Positions 40,557 through 49,537 of a DNA stretch of 64,000 nt are shown in pieces. The notes below the pieces were generated by a model. It was given only the letters and a program-made list of their open reading frames with translations, searched no databases and had not been told where the DNA came from. This DNA comes from Candidatus Kaiserbacteria bacterium (GTDB lineage Bacteria > Patescibacteriota > Minisyncoccia > Phycocordibacterales > Phycocordibacteraceae). The position numbers and the translations under genes are program-made. The DNA lies in the NCBI GenBank assembly GCA_963699165.1, contig OY969413.1, positions 276,562 to 340,561 on the forward strand, in the 5' to 3' direction. The stretch's first letter is position 1. Every line of letters begins with the position of its first letter.

Positions 40557-42128
40557 TTACTTAGAGCGCGCGACAAATGCATCAAGCTTCTCGCGAAGCG
40601 TGCGCTCGGATTCTTCGCGGATTTCTTTTGATTCGCGAATCGCGATGAGTACGCCACCGGCTTCGCGCGTAAGGTATTCCTGCAATTTCTTTTCAGCCGC
40701 ACCAACTTTTTCCGGCGGGAACGAATCCAAGTAGCCGTTTGTCGCGGCAAAGATAATTGCGGCTTCCATTTCAAACGGAAGCGGCACGCCGCGCCCCTGA
40801 TTCAGGATTTCCGTCATGCGGCGGCCCGCATCAATGCGCTTCTTCGTATCTGCGTCGAGATCGGAAGAGAATTGCATGAATGCTTCGAGTTCCCGGAATT
40901 GTGCAAGTTCGAGCTTGATTTTGCCGGCAACTTTCTTCATGGCTTTCGTTTGTGCCGCGCTTCCGACGCGCGACACGGAGATGCCTACGTTGATGGCCGG
41001 ACGCTGTCCCTTGTTGAACAGGTCTGCTTCAAGATAAATCTGTCCGTCGGTAATCGAGATGACGTTCGTAGGAATGTATGCCGAGACGTCGCCCTCCTGC
41101 GTTTCAATTATCGGAAGCGCCGTGAGCGAACCGCCGCCCTTCTCCTTTGAGAGTTTTGCGGCGCGCTCGAGCAAACGCGAGTGCAAGTAGAAAATGTCTC
41201 CCGGATACGCCTCGCGGCCCGGCGGACGGCGAAGAAGGAGCGACATTTGGCGATATGCGACTGCCTGTTTTGAAAGGTCGTCGTACACCACGAGCGCATC
41301 TTTGCCCTGTTCCATGAAATGCTCGCCGATAGCGGCACCGGCAAACGGCGCAAGGAATTGGAGAGCGGCCGGAGCAGACGCAGGAGCCGTTACGATAATC
41401 GAGTACTCCATCGCGCCGCGCTCTTCGAGTTCGGCGACGAGTTTTGCAGTTTTTGATTCCTTCTGGCCGATGGCGACGTAGATGCAAATGGGTCGAGTCG
41501 CCGCAGGCTCGTTCTTTTGGTTGATGATGGTGTCGATGGCAATGCTGGTCTTGCCGGTGCCGCGGTCGCCGATGATAAGCTCGCGCTGTCCCCGGCCAAT
41601 CGGAATCATGGCGTCCACCGCCTTCACTCCCGTGTGGAGCGGCACGTTCACGCCCGCGCGATCGATAACGCCGTACGCTTCGCGCTCGATTGGCCGCATA
41701 TGCTTTGCGCCCGTCGGGCCTTTCCCGTCGACCGGTTCTCCAAGCGGATTCACAACACGGCCCACAAGCGAGTCGCCGACGGCAATCGAAAGCAGTCGAC
41801 CCAGTTTCTTTCCGTCTTCTGACGGCAACCGGCGCACAAGCATGCCTTCATACACTTTTGAAGCATCACCGAGAATCACTGCGCGCACGCCATCCTCTTC
41901 GAGGTTGAGCACGAGTCCGTAAATCGGCTGCGGGTCTTTGAGCGCTTCGGAGAGCGAACGGTCGAAGGTGCCGTCGAACAGCACCATTTCAGACATGGCG
42001 GCTTTCGTGAGTCCTCCGATTTCCGCAATGCCGTCGCCGGTTGCACGGACGATACCCGTCTCTTCTTGGCCGACTTCCGGCGTCCACGAAGCGATTTCTT
42101 TTTCAATTCGTTCAATAATGCTTTGCAT
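40557..42128 (-). CDS. atpA: ATP synthase alpha subunit
   Basis: [26 protein letters not shown]. Confidence 0.97.
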   Translation of the reverse strand: MQSIIERIEKEIASWTPEVGQEETGIVRATGDGIAEIGGLTKAAMSEMVLFDGTFDRSLSEALKDPQPIYGLVLNLEEDGVRAVILGDASKVYEGMLVRRLPSEDGKKLGRLLSIAVGDSLVGRVVNPLGEPVDGKGPTGAKHMRPIEREAYGVIDRAGVNVPLHTGVKAVDAMIPIGRGQRELIIGDRGTGKTSIAIDTIINQKNEPAATRPICIYVAIGQKESKTAKLVAELEERGAMEYSIIVTAPASAPAALQFLAPFAGAAIGEHFMEQGKDALVVYDDLSKQAVAYRQMSLLLRRPPGREAYPGDIFYLHSRLLERAAKLSKEKGGGSLTALPIIETQEGDVSAYIPTNVISITDGQIYLEADLFNKGQRPAINVGISVSRVGSAAQTKAMKKVAGKIKLELAQFRELEAFMQFSSDLDADTKKRIDAGRRMTEILNQGRGVPLPFEMEAAIIFAATNGYLDSFPPEKVGAAEKKLQEYLTREAGGVLIAIRESKEIREESERTLREKLDAFVARSK

Positions 42129-42129
42129 A

Positions 42130-42501
42130 TTAGGCAGTGATGTTCTGGTACATGTGTATGAGCGCACGCTTTGCGGAACGATCGACGAGCACGCCGTCTT
42201 TCTGCGCGCGCCAACCGTGGATAAGATCGGGGTTTACGCGCGCATGGCGCGCGGAGATGCCGGACTCCGCAGCGGCACGAAGCGCCGCTGCGGCTTCTTT
42301 CTCGCGCGCAACTTCCACCACCGGCTGGAGCGCCTCGCGCCGTGCGGCTATTTTGCGGAGTTCGCGGGCAATTTGAGGAAGCATTTTCATCCGACCCATG
42401 CTTTTCAAGTGCACGATGAGTTTCGTGACAGCAGCGTCTGAGGCCGCCTTGTCTTCAAGTTCGGCGGCGACTTCGAGCAGGCGCGTGTAATCGTCAATCA
42501 T
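42130..42501 (-). CDS. atpH: ATP synthase delta subunit (short)
   Basis: Between atpF and atpA; VNPDLIHGW...LVDRS. Confidence 0.8.
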   Translation of the reverse strand: MIDDYTRLLEVAAELEDKAASDAAVTKLIVHLKSMGRMKMLPQIARELRKIAARREALQPVVEVAREKEAAAALRAAAESGISARHARVNPDLIHGWRAQKDGVLVDRSAKRALIHMYQNITA

Positions 42502-42943
42502 GGCGTTCTTTGAGCACTTTCTCCGCAGCAAGAATTGCGAGCCGCGCAACTTCTTTCTCGCTTTCGCGTTTTGCACGAGCGGCTGTCTCCGTCGCTTGCG
42601 CCTGCGCATCGGACGCGATGCGAGCCGCACGCTCTTCCGCCTCTTTGACAATTCGCGCACGCTCCTCTGTTCCGGCATGGCGGGCGTTTTCAACAATGCT
42701 GCCGGCTTCTTTGTCGGCTACGGTAAGACGCGCCGCCGCCTCGCCATCTGCCTGAGTAAGCTTCTTTGCCGCTTCTTCCGCATCGCTCACACCCTTTGCA
42801 ATCACCTGTTCGCGCTCCTTTACCATGTTCAGCACCGGTTTGTACAAGAGCCACGTGAGTGCGACCGCAAGCACGCCAAAGTTAATACTCTGCACGAGCA
42901 GAAGGTGCCAGTCGATGCCGAATGTGGAGAGAAGCGCGTCCAT
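42494..42943 (-). CDS. atpF: ATP synthase b subunit
   Basis: QSINFGVL...LYKPV, coiled coil. Confidence 0.93.
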   Translation of the reverse strand: MDALLSTFGIDWHLLLVQSINFGVLAVALTWLLYKPVLNMVKEREQVIAKGVSDAEEAAKKLTQADGEAAARLTVADKEAGSIVENARHAGTEERARIVKEAEERAARIASDAQAQATETAARAKRESEKEVARLAILAAEKVLKERHD

Positions 42944-42946
42944 GAA

Positions 42947-43183
<237 letters not shown>

Positions 43184-43993
43184 TTATGTTGCTAAGCGCA
43201 CAGACTCACCCTCTCCCGACGTATGCACGGGCGCATGTTCCTCGTCCTCGTGCATCTCGACTGCGATTTTTGTAAAGAAGAGCGTCAACATTGCGAAAAT
43301 CGCCGCCTGAATGAATCCTACAAAAACCTCAAACCCGAGAAACGGCACCGGCAAAAGATATGGCACGAAAAGCATAATCACGAGCACCAGCACCTTCCCT
43401 GCGAAGATGTTGCCGAAAAGTCGGAACGAGAACGAGATGAGCCGAACGAGTTCGGAGATGAGCTCGATGATTCCCACCATAAACGCGAGCGGCGATGTAA
43501 ATGTAATAAATTTCCTCGCGTATTTCAAGACGCCGAGCGTGGTGATGCCGGCAATTTCAATCGCAAAAAAGACGATGAGCGCGAGCGCGAGCGTAAAATT
43601 GAGGTCGGTTGCGCCGGGATAAAAAAACGGAACGAGCTCGGAAACACCGTTCACCGTTTTTTCAATGCCGATTGACGACACAAACGGCATAAGTCCGAAC
43701 CAGTTGACGCACAACACAAACAAAAATACGGTCATGATGAGCGGATACACGCGCTCTGCGAGCGCGTCGTTCTCAAGCGTCTCGCGCACGAATGTGTACG
43801 GGAACGTCACCAGCAATTCGAGCACCGTCTGAAATTTCCCGGGCTTGAGCTTGAGTCCCCGGCCCGCAAAAAAAGCAAAAATGATGAGCAGAATTGAGAC
43901 GGTAAATACCGTGACGAGCGTATTGGGTACAGGTATGCCCGCGATATGAAATAGCGCCAAAGGCGCCAGATGGATTGATATCCCTCCTGACAT
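43184..43993 (-). CDS. atpB: ATP synthase a subunit
   Basis: NWFGLMP, SFRLFGNIFAG, IQAAIFAML. Confidence 0.95.
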   Translation of the reverse strand: MSGGISIHLAPLALFHIAGIPVPNTLVTVFTVSILLIIFAFFAGRGLKLKPGKFQTVLELLVTFPYTFVRETLENDALAERVYPLIMTVFLFVLCVNWFGLMPFVSSIGIEKTVNGVSELVPFFYPGATDLNFTLALALIVFFAIEIAGITTLGVLKYARKFITFTSPLAFMVGIIELISELVRLISFSFRLFGNIFAGKVLVLVIMLFVPYLLPVPFLGFEVFVGFIQAAIFAMLTLFFTKIAVEMHEDEEHAPVHTSGEGESVRLAT

Positions 43994-44070
43994 GGACGTA
44001 TTGTAGCAAATGAATGGATAAAAAGGAAAACCGCGGCGCAAGCGCCGCGGCCTCAAGGCAGAATCCGAGC

Positions 44071-44520
44071 CTACACCGACAGAACTACACCAAGCACTGT
44101 TGAATTCGCCGATGCTCGAATTCGCTCTCCAAGATATTCGACCCGCGAGGGTTGAAGGAGTTTCCTCAAGAGAACGAATAGGTCTCGAGTTTTCTCGCTT
44201 GGTGGCTTGCGCGCGTCGCCGAGCCCGACTACGTAGCATGAGTGTATCGTGACCTCGATGCAGTGCGTATTTTCGGGCGATCCGTGAAGCGCAATGTGCG
44301 ATTCCTCGAGCATTTCAAGGAAGCTCGCACCGCCTCCGGGGAAAGACCTGAATTGATAGGGCGGATCACATGCCGGCGTAAACCCGGACTCGAGCACCGC
44401 TTGGTGAAGCAGTTTGCCGAGATGAGGGCACGAAAGTACGTCGGGATTGCAACCATAGAAATCCCAGGCGCTATCGACGCTGTGATCGTGACGGACAGAA
44501 CTAGTCATCGCGACCTCCAT
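44071..44520 (-). CDS. S-adenosylmethionine decarboxylase proenzyme-like protein
   Basis: DFYGC, FPGGGAS, LEESHIALH pyruvoyl self-cleavage motif, HSC. Confidence 0.75.
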   Translation of the reverse strand: MEVAMTSSVRHDHSVDSAWDFYGCNPDVLSCPHLGKLLHQAVLESGFTPACDPPYQFRSFPGGGASFLEMLEESHIALHGSPENTHCIEVTIHSCYVVGLGDARKPPSEKTRDLFVLLRKLLQPSRVEYLGERIRASANSTVLGVVLSV

Positions 44521-44763
44521 CGCAGAAGTGCGCCCGAGGGCGCTGTGGAATAGTGTTTAACGAACTGGACCTTCGGAAGTATAGGTCTTATAAACAAATA
44601 TCGCAATACTTTCTTGACCATTAGGCAAAGTCCTGTGGATAAAAGATATATCGGACACGCCCTTTCGCTAACCACAGTGCGCCATAAGCGGCCAAGACAG
44701 CGAAGCGCTTATGATGTAGAATGCGCAGCGAGCACACTTAGCATTAAATAATCACATCATTCT

Positions 44764-45021
44764 ATGGTTAGAAAGGCCAATCCAGCTTTATTGAAACCTT
44801 ACACGCTATCGCCCGAACTTGAGGCGGTCGTCGGCAAGGGCCCCCTGCCTCGCGGACAGGTTGTGAAGAAGATTTGGGAATACATTAAGAAAAACGATCT
44901 TCAGAATCCGAAGAACAAGAGAAACATTTTTGCCGATGAAAAGCTGAAGGTCATTTTTGGCGGCAAGAGTGAAGTCACCATGTTTGAAATGACGAAACTC
45001 GTTTCGGCACACCTCTCGTAA
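44764..45021 (+). CDS. SWIB/MDM2 domain protein
   Basis: LSPELEAVVG...PRGQVVKKIWEYIKKNDLQNPKNKRNI. Confidence 0.92.
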   Translation: MVRKANPALLKPYTLSPELEAVVGKGPLPRGQVVKKIWEYIKKNDLQNPKNKRNIFADEKLKVIFGGKSEVTMFEMTKLVSAHLS

Positions 45022-45031
45022 GTTCAGTGGT

Positions 45032-45079
45032 ACAAAAATACAGCGGGCTCGCCGAAAGGCGAGCCCGCTGTATTTTTGT
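45032..45079. terminator. Bidirectional terminator between the convergent SWIB gene and mscL
   Basis: ACAAAAATACAGCGGGCTCGCC-GAAA-GGCGAGCCCGCTGTATTTTTGT. Confidence 0.88.
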
Positions 45080-45089
45080 TGAACAAATG

Positions 45090-45497
45090 TTATGCCTTTG
45101 GCTGCAACTGCGCGCAATGCGAGCATCGCTTTGCGTCAAGTGGAATCTCGCTCAGACATTCCGGGCATTTCTTTGTCGTCGGATCGGCGGGGGCTTCCTT
45201 GCGCGACTTTGCAATGAGAAAGTTCATCGGCTTAACCACGAAGAAAAACACCGCCGTTCCGATAAGCACGAAAGAAACAACGGCGTTTATGAAGCTTCCG
45301 TACATAAACTTGCTGCCGTTAATCGTAAACACCAAGCTGCTGAAATCCGGCTTGCCGAAAATGGCCGCGACGAGCGGCGTGATAAAGTCCGCGACGAGTC
45401 CGGTGACAACCGCGCCAAACGCGCCGCCGATTACGACGCCGACCGCCAAATCAACGACATTGCCGCGAAGCAGGAACTGTTTAAATTCTTGTAGCAT
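45090..45497 (-). CDS. mscL: Large-conductance mechanosensitive channel
   Basis: EFKQFLLRGNVVDLAVGVVIGGAF; C-terminal CPEC...CSHC. Confidence 0.95.
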   Translation of the reverse strand: MLQEFKQFLLRGNVVDLAVGVVIGGAFGAVVTGLVADFITPLVAAIFGKPDFSSLVFTINGSKFMYGSFINAVVSFVLIGTAVFFFVVKPMNFLIAKSRKEAPADPTTKKCPECLSEIPLDAKRCSHCAQLQPKA

Positions 45498-45524
45498 GGG
45501 TACGGAATATTATGGTATGGAATA

Positions 45525-45553
45525 AGTATAGTATTGCTCTCGGTTTCGTTCAA
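45525..45553 (-). promoter_or_regulatory. Putative mscL sigma70 promoter abutting element B copy 2
   Basis: TTGAAC-N17-TATACT. Confidence 0.7.
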
Positions 45554-46593
45554 CTTGCTGTACGCGTCCAGTACTTTTGGCAGTCCCCGACGGTTAATGT
45601 ACACACAATATACCGCAAGGGGGACACCATGCCGAGCGACTGGTGCGGGCGTTTGGTGTTGTACCAGATCAGCCAGTCGACAAGCTTCAGATTGAAGGAA
45701 TGAATATCGTCCCGCAGCAGGCCCCGATTCAGCATGATGAAGTCCTCGGAGACGGTGCGATTGAATCGTTCGACGTGGGCATTCATCTTGGGAGTGCGGG
45801 GGCGGGTGTGAAAGTGCGTGAGCCCGAGTTCGGCACAGGCATCCTCGAAGTGTTTGGCGAACTCGCTCCCGTTGTCGGTCTGCAACTCGTCGATATCGAA
45901 GGGGCAAACCTCGATGACTCGGCGAAGGAAGTCGTCCGCGCTTCTCGACGAGTGGTTCGTATACGCGCCCGCAAAGGCGAACTTCCGCTCCACATCCACT
46001 GCCGTGAGGACGTACCGCTTCACGCCGTCGATGAAGCGGACGACGGTATCGAGCTCCATGCCGCGCTTGCCGGTGCGGCGAAGCTTGGTACGGCGTTTCT
46101 GCGGTGTTTCCGTGTGATTGCCCGTACGTGCGTGGAACGAGAGCCGGCTCTGCTGCGGGAGCAGACCGCGGTTCTTCAAATCCAGAATGACCCGCCCAAC
46201 GTATGACTCCGACACGGAGTGCCCTTCTTCGCGCAGGAGAACGGCAAGCTTTGCTTTCCCAAGCCGGGGATGCGCCTGTCGTTCGCGGATGATGAAATCC
46301 TCGACCTCGGGCAGAACAGTCCTCCTTCGACGCGCCTTCGGCGCAGTGCTCTTCGGGTCAAGTGCATCAATGCGGCCCTCGTGGGCTTTGAGTTCCTCCT
46401 TCCAGCGATACAAGGTGCGCTCCGAGGTGCCAAAGGCGTCGTATGCGGCCTCCGTCCCGTGCATGTCCCAGAATCCCAATATCTTCACCCGTCTGTCGAC
46501 TTCCTTTGGTTTCCGCATATGCCGCAATCGTATCGTCCTTTCCCACATGCTCAACCAGCCCTTCGTACCCCTGAAATTGCTTCTGATGCGCAT
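45550..46593 (-). CDS. IS481-like transposase (element B); stop codon lies outside the element
   Basis: Same as 14754-15797 apart from residue 2 and the last two residues (TRTAS* vs TRTKY*). Confidence 0.92.
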   Translation of the reverse strand: MRIRSNFRGTKGWLSMWERTIRLRHMRKPKEVDRRVKILGFWDMHGTEAAYDAFGTSERTLYRWKEELKAHEGRIDALDPKSTAPKARRRRTVLPEVEDFIIRERQAHPRLGKAKLAVLLREEGHSVSESYVGRVILDLKNRGLLPQQSRLSFHARTGNHTETPQKRRTKLRRTGKRGMELDTVVRFIDGVKRYVLTAVDVERKFAFAGAYTNHSSRSADDFLRRVIEVCPFDIDELQTDNGSEFAKHFEDACAELGLTHFHTRPRTPKMNAHVERFNRTVSEDFIMLNRGLLRDDIHSFNLKLVDWLIWYNTKRPHQSLGMVSPLRYIVCTLTVGDCQKYWTRTAS

Positions 46594-46638
46594 ATATCCT
46601 CGGTTATGAGGACTGCCAAATGTATCTGAACTTATGCA
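45559..46638 (-). mobile_element. IS481-family element B, copy 2 (1080 bp)
   Basis: 5-bp TSD CTTGC at 45554-45558 and 46639-46643. Confidence 0.93.
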
Positions 46639-46677
46639 CTTGCCATTTTTTTGTTTGACGGCTTGTACCGCCAGTTA

Positions 46678-47124
46678 TCAAACAGATAAATCTTTCAAAA
46701 TTCTTTCTAATCTTTCACTTAAAACTATGGCCTGAGGCGCATGAAAAACAGTTGTCCCTTGCTTTTCATTTACTGTTGTAACAGTACCCATCGGTACGAC
46801 TCTAAGAACGCGAGGATTCCCTCCATATGAGCTAGCTGCGCGTTTAGCATAAATTTCCGCAGACTTAGGTTCTTTCGTAAAAAAAACTTTGTCTAAATTT
46901 TTCTTTCTCCCTCTTTCGCTAATTATTTGTGTTACATCCGGCGGTAAAACTTCTCTGGAAAGATTTGGGGAGGACGTTCCATGATACAAAACACCATACT
47001 CTCTATAGTTATCAAGCAATTTTAGTATATCTTCATAAGTTAAAACGATGTTTTCGATGACCTCTTCTGAATTATGATCTATTTCAGGAGTGGCTACCGT
47101 TCGATTTATTGAATATTTTTCCAT
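46678..47124 (-). CDS. AT-rich hypothetical protein, possible ADP-ribosyltransferase (Arr-like) fold
   Basis: LYHGTS...VFFT...AEIYA...PRVLRVVPMG. Confidence 0.6.
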   Translation of the reverse strand: MEKYSINRTVATPEIDHNSEEVIENIVLTYEDILKLLDNYREYGVLYHGTSSPNLSREVLPPDVTQIISERGRKKNLDKVFFTKEPKSAEIYAKRAASSYGGNPRVLRVVPMGTVTTVNEKQGTTVFHAPQAIVLSERLERILKDLSV

Positions 47125-47189
47125 AAATATTTAGTATATCAGGCGGCACTGCGATTGTACCGAGATTAGGACTGTTGATCACTTGCAGG

Positions 47190-47549
47190 TTAGCAGGTAC
47201 CCAGATTGCTGAAAAGCGCTTTGTAGTCGGTGGCGGGATAAAGAGGTGTATTGCCCGTTGAAATATCATCGACCGGAACCCACTCGGCGTCAAATTCATA
47301 TGTTTCCTCAACTACGTGAATCGGGTTCTGCGAGTAAAGCTCAGTGCGGGCCAGATCACCGACATAGAGGAAATCGACTTCGTCGCCCTTTTTGCCTTCC
47401 CATACGAAAAGGTTCTCGATGGTTTCCACTAATTGCAAATTTTCTATTTCGCTCGAAAGTTCTTCCTGGATTTTTCTGCGAACACCCGTCTTTATGGAAA
47501 AGACACATGGCTCTCAAACGAATTGTATTTTCGTGTGACGTACCAGCAT
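47190..47549 (-). pseudogene. Degraded NUDIX hydrolase gene
   Basis: Fragments ENTIRLRAMCLFHKDG / VRRKIQEEL / IENLFVWEGKKGDEVDFLY...PLYP in different frames. Confidence 0.6.
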
Positions 47550-47837
47550 TTTAGCAATGATTTCTGATTTGTGGGATTGCAATAGGAATTGCGGCATTCC
47601 CCCAAGGGGACTGCGATTTCCTATGCCTCGATTATTCGGCATGAAAATCGGGAGCCCTTGCAGGGTTGCAATTTGTCACCACATCGGAATGTGGACAAAT
47701 TGGGAACCTACTAAAATATACGAATCAGCAGATTCGCCTACCTGGGTCGCCGATTACGGCTCGTTAATTTTGTGGGGCCGCAGATTACTGCGGCATCCTA
47801 CAAAATTATAGTTGCGGAGTACCGCTCCTTAATTTTG

Positions 47838-47908
47838 TGGACCTACGGGGAGTCGAACCCCGACCTCGTCCATGCCATGGACGCGTTCTACCGCTGAACT
47901 ATAGGCCC
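47838..47908 (-). tRNA. tRNA-Ala(GGC)
   Basis: Cloverleaf GGGCCTATAG...GTTCGACTCCCCGTAGGTCCA; G3:U70; anticodon GGC. Confidence 0.93.
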
Positions 47909-48047
47909 GAGGCGAAGGAGGGATGGTTTGTTGTTTACGCACCACCCTCCTTATCCGAGCAATTGGCGCCGATGTTTTCAGCGCCAATTTTGTCGCTCGG
48001 ATTGGCATATCATACCAAACGCCCCTTGTTCGCCCAAATGGGCGAAG

Positions 48048-49481
48048 TTACGGAAGCACCGACTTGAAGGCCGCAAGCGATGCCGAGTCGGAATTGATGA
48101 GCCAATTCGTTCCCGTATCGTTTTCATCGAAGTACACCCAGCCCTTCACATTGGTGTATGACTTCACGTGCGTGCCGAGACCTTCGGTTATCCATGCCGC
48201 TTTCTGCGGGCCGGCAACCGAGCCCATCGAAGTTAGGTAGATGGGTTTGCCGTAGGTTTGCATTTGCGCCACGGGTCCGTCGAAGATTTGGTCGAACGAT
48301 TCCCATGGATTCCCGAAGTTAAATCCGTCGATGCCGACGTAATCGACATACGCGCTGCCCGGATAATAATCCGAAAACTGATTGCCCGAAACGTTCGGAA
48401 CCGAATCGGAATTCATAACCCAGGCGAACTTCACGTTGGTCGCATTCGCCGCAACGAAGATGTTGTGGATGTGCTGCCACGCGGCGATGAGTTTTGCGGG
48501 AGAATTGTTTCCGACGGTGCCGTCCCAATCATCCCAGTTTCCGTTCATTTCATGGAAGATGGAGAGAATAACCGGACACCCGCCGCTTGCCGCGCTTTGC
48601 GCGAACGAGCGAATGTACGAATCGTACGTTCCGGCGTTAATCGAATCGACGCTGTACCCGTAATTTTCCCAATACACAAGCAAGGTTTGATTGTTCGTGC
48701 ACGTCGAGGAAAAGTTCGTCGGGAATGAGTCCGGCCAACCGACGAAGGTTGCTACGATGCTCGGCAACTTTCCGAGCGTCGAACTAAGCGTCGACATGGT
48801 CATCGAGCCGGTGCCTTCGAATACGCCCCACTGCAATGCGCTTGGCGCGGGAGTCGGAGCTGATACAGGCGGCGCCGGTGTCGGTGTCGGAGCGGGAGGC
48901 GGCAGAGAAACAACCGGTACTGATACTGGCGTCGATGTTGCCGTTACGGGCGCCGGATTGCCAGTAGTGGACGTGGCAGTCGTTGTTCCGCTTCCGCGAT
49001 GCCTCGAACTTTTACCGGTTGATACCTTGGCATTTGCCGCTAGAGTGGTTGAAGTAACCGTATTAGTAGTAAGAGAACTCGGCGAGATTGCGGTCGATGA
49101 TGCGGCCGCAACCGGTGCACCCGCGACGGTCGCAGTCGTGCCGCTTGACGCGACAGGCGGCGTTGACGACGCGGCGAGTTGATTAAGAAGAGCGCGCGTC
49201 TTCGGACCAACGGTTCCGACCGGGTCGAGACCGTATTTTGTTTGAAGAGCGATGACTGCGCTGCGAGTAAGCGAACCGAAATATCCAGTAATAGGTCCGG
49301 CGTACAGATTCTGCGCCGCAAGCGTTGTCTGCAAGGCGGATACGGAATTATTGTTTGCACCGGGCGAGAGCGTTTTTGTAAATGAAGCGAATGCTTCCGC
49401 GGGAACCGCACCGAACACGAACGCGAGAGTTATGATAATGGACGATATGAATATGGCTATGTTTTTTAATTTATTATTCAT
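48048..49481 (-). CDS. Secreted GH26-like glycoside hydrolase with N-terminal peptidoglycan-binding domain
   Basis: TGYFGSLTRSAVIALQ PG-binding motif, Ser/Thr/Pro linker, HEMNGNW, YYPGSAYVDYVGIDGFN. Confidence 0.85.
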   Translation of the reverse strand: MNNKLKNIAIFISSIIITLAFVFGAVPAEAFASFTKTLSPGANNNSVSALQTTLAAQNLYAGPITGYFGSLTRSAVIALQTKYGLDPVGTVGPKTRALLNQLAASSTPPVASSGTTATVAGAPVAAASSTAISPSSLTTNTVTSTTLAANAKVSTGKSSRHRGSGTTTATSTTGNPAPVTATSTPVSVPVVSLPPPAPTPTPAPPVSAPTPAPSALQWGVFEGTGSMTMSTLSSTLGKLPSIVATFVGWPDSFPTNFSSTCTNNQTLLVYWENYGYSVDSINAGTYDSYIRSFAQSAASGGCPVILSIFHEMNGNWDDWDGTVGNNSPAKLIAAWQHIHNIFVAANATNVKFAWVMNSDSVPNVSGNQFSDYYPGSAYVDYVGIDGFNFGNPWESFDQIFDGPVAQMQTYGKPIYLTSMGSVAGPQKAAWITEGLGTHVKSYTNVKGWVYFDENDTGTNWLINSDSASLAAFKSVLP

Positions 49482-49537
49482 GAAACCTATCATCATTGCA
49501 TATTCATCTACAGACGCGCAAGCAAGACCTGTGGATA

